From: Orbicella franksi
Taxonomy: Eukaryota
Direction: 5' to 3'
DNA length: 64,000 nt
Assembly: GCA_964199315.1 (NCBI GenBank)
Contig: OZ116701.1
Span: 3,844,001-3,908,000, forward strand
Shown: in pieces, positions 59,701 to 64,000 of the stretch
Position numbering within the stretch: position 1 is the first letter of the stretch
Layout of the letters: each line of letters starts with the position of its first letter
The notes under the pieces: generated by a model
Database searches by the model: none
The model's input: only the letters and a program-made list of their open reading frames with translations
What the model was told of the DNA's origin: nothing
Position numbers and translations under genes: made by a program

Positions 59701-62422
59701 TGTTTCATTAAATGATTAATGACTGACAACTATCCTTTCCTTTCAGCCTGCGTCCAACTGAACAAACAGTTCCTAGCTTTGCAATTCACGGCCAGTCAGT
59801 TTGTTGTATGTATAGAAAGCCTAAAAGAAAGCCTATAAGTGTCTGGTTATCTAACGAGGGAAACCCGATTCTTTTTCCTTGCTAGACAATTTAATGCTTT
59901 AAGACAGGCCATCTGCACATTTTAATATCGTTTTACGGTTTTACACTATTTACCGTATGTGACACATTTTTTGGAATACGTCAGCTTCGATATTATTTCG
60001 GTGGCTTTTTATAATTAACTTCAGTGCGTGACGAAGTAAACAACTTGCACGAACACTGCACAGCGCATAGTCTGGCTGCATTTTGCAGATTAATGGCGAT
60101 GACAAACTTCACTAGAGATGAAAACCACCAGCAAACATTTCAACAAGTGTATTGCTTGCAAGCTTCGACAGGAAACATACACAACCAGCTGACGATTTTT
60201 TCCGTGATAATCCTTCTCCTGTCCATTACAGCATTTCTTGGAAACGCTTTGATCCTGGTCGCCCTTCGCAGGGAGTCGTCCCTTCATCCGCCATCGAAGG
60301 TCTTGTATTGCAGCCTGGCAACAACTGATTTCTTTGTTGGTCTTATTTCAGAGCCTCTGTATGCTACATATTTGATTTCTGTGGTGACCAAACGGTGGAA
60401 CATTTGTCCCTATGCATTCACCTCAGCTTTCATCGCAGGATATCTTTTGGGTTCAGTGTCGTTTTTGACAATGACTGCTATAAGCGTGGACAGACTTCTC
60501 GCCCTGCTATTGAGACTCAGATACAGACAAGTTGTAACATTGAAAAGGATGTATGCGACTGTCGTTATCATTTGGGTTGTCTCCATTGCCGCTGCAGCAA
60601 TGTACTTTTGGAATTATCTCATCACGTTATTGTACAGTTACATATTTATACCCCTCTGCTTAGCGACCTCGATATTCTCTTACACAAAGATCTATTGTAA
60701 GCTCCGTTATCTTCAAAACCCAATTCAACCAGAGCAACCGAACCAAGCAGTTCCCGCGCCGAACGTAGCGCGATACAGAAAAGCAGTGTCTAGTAGTCTT
60801 TGGATACAGTCAACTTTAATTATTTGTTATTTACCATTTGTTTTGGATGGCATCGTAGGACGACTGTTGTCGCCTCAAAATGAAGTTTCCTCATCGGAGC
60901 TCCTCGTTAAGGTCTATACGATCACTTTAGTTTACTTAAACTCGTCACTAAACCCGATTCTTTACTGTTGGAAAATTAGAGAACTTAGAGAAGCTGTGAA
61001 GGTTACAGTCAGACAAGTAGTTTGCTGTTTGTAGAAATTATAGTTACTTATATTTTATTAAAGCTCTCTTATATTAAGAATGGTCCTTTTTAGACTCCCA
61101 TCTTGAGATATATAGATATATTTGTGTTTTTTATGGAAAGAGCAACGACATTGCAATTTGGATGTAACAAAGAACTTGTTAAGTGCCATTAAAGTGAATT
61201 TCACAACCATTTCAAATTAACCTCAAAATTATCCTGAACAACTGAATACAAATGCCGTTAAACCTCTATACCTGCCGGGGGAGTATCTTTTACATGAATG
61301 CCGATTTACATGACAAAAAATTTGGCACGGTTCGATCCCATAGAAATGGTTTGCGTACGAAAAATAGCATCGTAGTTCTTCTATTAAAAAAAACGGACTT
61401 ATAATCCATTCTTCTTGAGTTGAAATTTGAGTTGAATTTGAGTTGAATATGAACGATAAAAACACACTAGTGGGACAGTCTGTCTTTTCATGAGTTTTGG
61501 GAGGGGAGGGGAGGAGAGGTATTTTAGAGGGGATTAGTGGAGGATTTACGGTACCCTAGCTCGAAAATGGAAACACTTTTGGCATCGTAATTTTTCTGTA
61601 TAATTCCAGCAAACTTGTCTCTGTTAAAGCTGAGGAACCAAAAGTAATTGCTCGAGTGCTCTTTCAAGCTCTAATCCGTCCCCAACCCCTCTATTTTGTG
61701 ATCGCAATTAGCAAAAGTATTAACCGCGGAGGATTTGAAAAAAGCCCGAACGCAAGCGGGTGGCCGCTCTCAAACGCTAGAACAAAAATAACTCGCAGCA
61801 AAAAATTAACGTCTATGGACAGACTATCAAGTTCGTGTTCCCGACCTGCAAGCAAGCTCTCTCTGGGGGAGGGTGAAAGTAAAGGTAGTTCTCCCTTCCC
61901 TCATCCCCGCGGAAAGTTTCCCAGAAAATAATTTTAAAAAAATAGTTGCATTTAATTATAAAAAAACCCAATAAAATTCAGCCCTAACAATAGCGAATGA
62001 TATAGAACTCTAACAGTAAGACCTGCAGGCTTATCAAGTATGAATCGAGTATTTCATTGAACAAAGTTAAAAATCTGTTTCTTACCAATTGTGGTGAAGA
62101 TTGTGCAAGAAAATAACCATGAATCAGCCAAGCTCCACGCAGCTGTATTCGAACTCTCGAACATGAAATTCTTCTCGTATGAATCCAGTTTGTTTCTCGC
62201 TTGTGTCGACCACTGGTCGAATTCCAGACTGTTTTGATTCCACAGCTCTTTCAGAAGGTTTTCCCTCGAGTCTTCAAGCTGGCCGTCGTTCGTGAATGAA
62301 GCGCTATTCACAGCTTCAAGCTTCCTGAAAACGAGCGCTCCTAACAGCCCGTAAATGATTAAAATCCCAACTAAAACGGCATTATACGTGATGTTCGCTC
62401 TAATTTCCGCCAAATTCTTCAT
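56754..62422 (-). CDS. Two-pore-domain (K2P) potassium channel, 4 exons, at least 297 aa
   Basis: Exons 62422-62086, 58897-58780, 57941-57691, 56941-56754. M1 LVGILIIYGLLGALVFRKLE, P1 SWLFSCTIFTTIGYG, M2 GRILCVMYGFLGIPL, M3 YLAAGAVLFSLWEEW, P2 FVTLTTIGLGDYVP, M4. Both filters are split by phase-1 introns. The frame is open from about 62536 with a possible acceptor at 62533, so the true start may lie further upstream. Confidence 0.9.
57435..57611. mobile_element. MITE with 12-bp TIRs CAGTGGCGGATC, in K2P intron 3
   Basis: CAGTGGCGGATC (57435-57446) and GATCCGCCACTG (57600-57611), flanked by direct GACTG on both sides. Confidence 0.8.
58391..58758 (-). mobile_element. Second copy of the GGAGRAATTTGAAAAC MITE family, in K2P intron 2
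   Basis: GGAGAAATTTGAAAAC near 58412 and 58462; inverted GTTTTCAAATTCCTCCGG and GTTTTCAAATTTCTCCGG; body matches 16235-16521. Confidence 0.7.
60093..61034 (+). CDS. Class A (rhodopsin-like) GPCR, intronless CDS, about 313 aa, nested antisense in K2P intron 1
   Basis: Seven hydrophobic segments with GN (TM1), SLATTDFFVG (TM2), SVDRLLAL (DRY to DRL), ICYLP (TM6), NSSLNPILYCW (NPxxY). First ATG at 60093 is preceded by a TTTTGCAG acceptor, suggesting a 5'-UTR intron; the ORF track opens at 60024 on GTG. Confidence 0.92.
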   Translation: MAMTNFTRDENHQQTFQQVYCLQASTGNIHNQLTIFSVIILLLSITAFLGNALILVALRRESSLHPPSKVLYCSLATTDFFVGLISEPLYATYLISVVTKRWNICPYAFTSAFIAGYLLGSVSFLTMTAISVDRLLALLLRLRYRQVVTLKRMYATVVIIWVVSIAAAAMYFWNYLITLLYSYIFIPLCLATSIFSYTKIYCKLRYLQNPIQPEQPNQAVPAPNVARYRKAVSSSLWIQSTLIICYLPFVLDGIVGRLLSPQNEVSSSELLVKVYTITLVYLNSSLNPILYCWKIRELREAVKVTVRQVVCCL

Positions 62423-64000
62423 GGCTACCTTAAAGCTTGTTCCGAGTTTACATCTATAGCAAGATTCTGTGTGTCGGCGCGGTTTTAGTTTCGCCCCGGG
62501 AGTTTCGCTTTCCACCTTTTTCGAAATGGTCGCTATTCAATAATGCAGTTAATAATTTATGGCTAACCGCTGTGTAAACAGTTAAAAAGGAATGGTCCTG
62601 ATCGAAACAAACCGTACTTGATTTCTCACTTCGGATCGCTGCAAAACAATCGATCGCGGAGCTGCCATCCTGAATCGTTTGGTCACGAAATAGTGAGAGT
62701 AGTAGTTAGTAGTTGTCAACTTTCGAAAACAATCCTTCGATTTCTCTACACCCACAACAGCCTGTACTTTGGTAAAAAAACATAATCGTCAAACCAGACT
62801 CGATATGTCTCGGCACTGGACATGTTTTTTCCATCCTTGATAAGAGAGTCTACCCATGCAAAAGTACCCAGCCATAGTTTACCCATGCAAAAGTTTACAG
62901 CCTGAATCGAGCCATGCTCTGTTAACATAAAAGAAAGAAGCAATTTAAGGCAACCCAAATTTAATTCTTCTGGTAAAGCCAGTTCGGCATCAATGGATTC
63001 TTAAAACTTCCGTATAAAGACTTCGGCCAGAGTCGATACTTAATTAGTTTATATATTTACAGGAAAATTAAAACTTGTTAAAACCACCAAATTGTGTGTA
63101 TACATGGTAAAAATTTAAAACCATCGTCGGGTTGCTGCAAGGTACTTATTAATTTTTCTGGTACCAGCTGATATTTCAGCTTATCCAACACAATCCACCT
63201 AATAACCATTACGTAACCCCACGTTATTTGTATGCCACTGAGTTCTATGAATGTTGTTCCACGGCTTGCTCTAGTAAGTAGGGGTCTTATAAAATCGGAA
63301 AATATTTGCAGTCTACAAAAACCTCTGTAATGACCATAAGTTACTGATTTCCAACACTCTTTACGAACGTTCTTTAAAATGCAACTCATTCACACCAACC
63401 ATTCACACTGGTCTGAAAATTACAGAAAAAAAAAGCCCCCACTCCCATCCCCTCCAGTTGTCATTAAGTTTAGTAACTTCCAATTCAGTCAGTCAGGTTC
63501 GGTGAAACGTCTCTACGCACGAAATATTTTTGCAGCTTTCAGACAAATGCAATATTTGGTATGACTGGGCAATACAGTATAAGTGAACTGTAAGTTAAAG
63601 TCTCTTCTTGATGACCAGCGTTTTTAGCAGTCTTGTCCTTAGTTTCCACAAGGTCAAACCACTTCTCTTAGGGTTTGCTTTGCAAGTGAGCCTTGCTAGT
63701 CATTCCAACACCCATGCATAAAATATCTTTGCCACTCCTGCTTTAAAAAATACTTAAAACTTCCTCCAAACGAGATCTTAACCGCGCGCGATTTCATTCC
63801 CTCGACCAGATGTCACTTCAGATAACCAGCGAGGAGCCTAGGCACTGTCTGTCCAAAACGCAAACATTTTCCTTCAACGAAACCAACAGAACGAGGACTG
63901 GTAATCGCTCCCACCATCCTTTGTGCATATCAGTCCTATCTATCGGTGTCATTTTCACTCAACCAAATCAACAGAGCGAGGACTGGTAACCACTCCCATG

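Noticed and set aside
60024-60092. Longer GPCR N-terminus starting at GTG 60024
   Set aside because: Non-ATG start in a eukaryote, and a splice acceptor precedes ATG 60093, so this is probably intron or UTR.
62640-62672. MAAPRSIVLQRSE as an upstream coding exon of the K2P gene
   Set aside because: Its available donors are phase 0 whereas the candidate acceptor at 62533 needs phase 1; it could be a UTR exon or uORF, so it was not called.
63884-63998. CRISPR-like repeat-spacer array
   Set aside because: Only two imperfect copies, a eukaryotic context and no cas genes.

Overview
Intron-rich, AT-rich eukaryotic DNA. The SINE/MITE repertoire and the DRL-type GPCR suggest a scleractinian coral or related cnidarian (inference). 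Left to right: (1) an apparently intact 3.2-kb DDE DNA transposon with 19-bp TIRs and a TTAA duplication (Kolobok-type); (2) a 46-exon WDR62/MAPKBP1 gene (+, about 2,023 aa as assembled by hand), whose exon 35 reads through its donor into a 225-codon frame ending in a hydrophobic tail; (3) a two-exon PPC/DUF296 gene (+); (4) an intronless PCBD/DCoH gene (-), head-to-head with (5) a 17-exon MCM5 gene (+) across an E2F/CCAAT promoter; (6) an 8-exon PP1-beta catalytic subunit gene (-), whose ATG is only 112 bp from (7) a 4-exon mitoribosomal gene (+) combining mL59-type and mL64/CRIF1-type motifs; (8) a 4-exon K2P channel gene (-) with (9) a class A GPCR nested antisense in its first intron. Many SINEs, MITEs and microsatellites lie in the introns. 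No rRNA, tRNA gene or CRISPR array was supportable. All gene models were built by eye from GT-AG signals, phase continuity and recalled family motifs; no database search was run.
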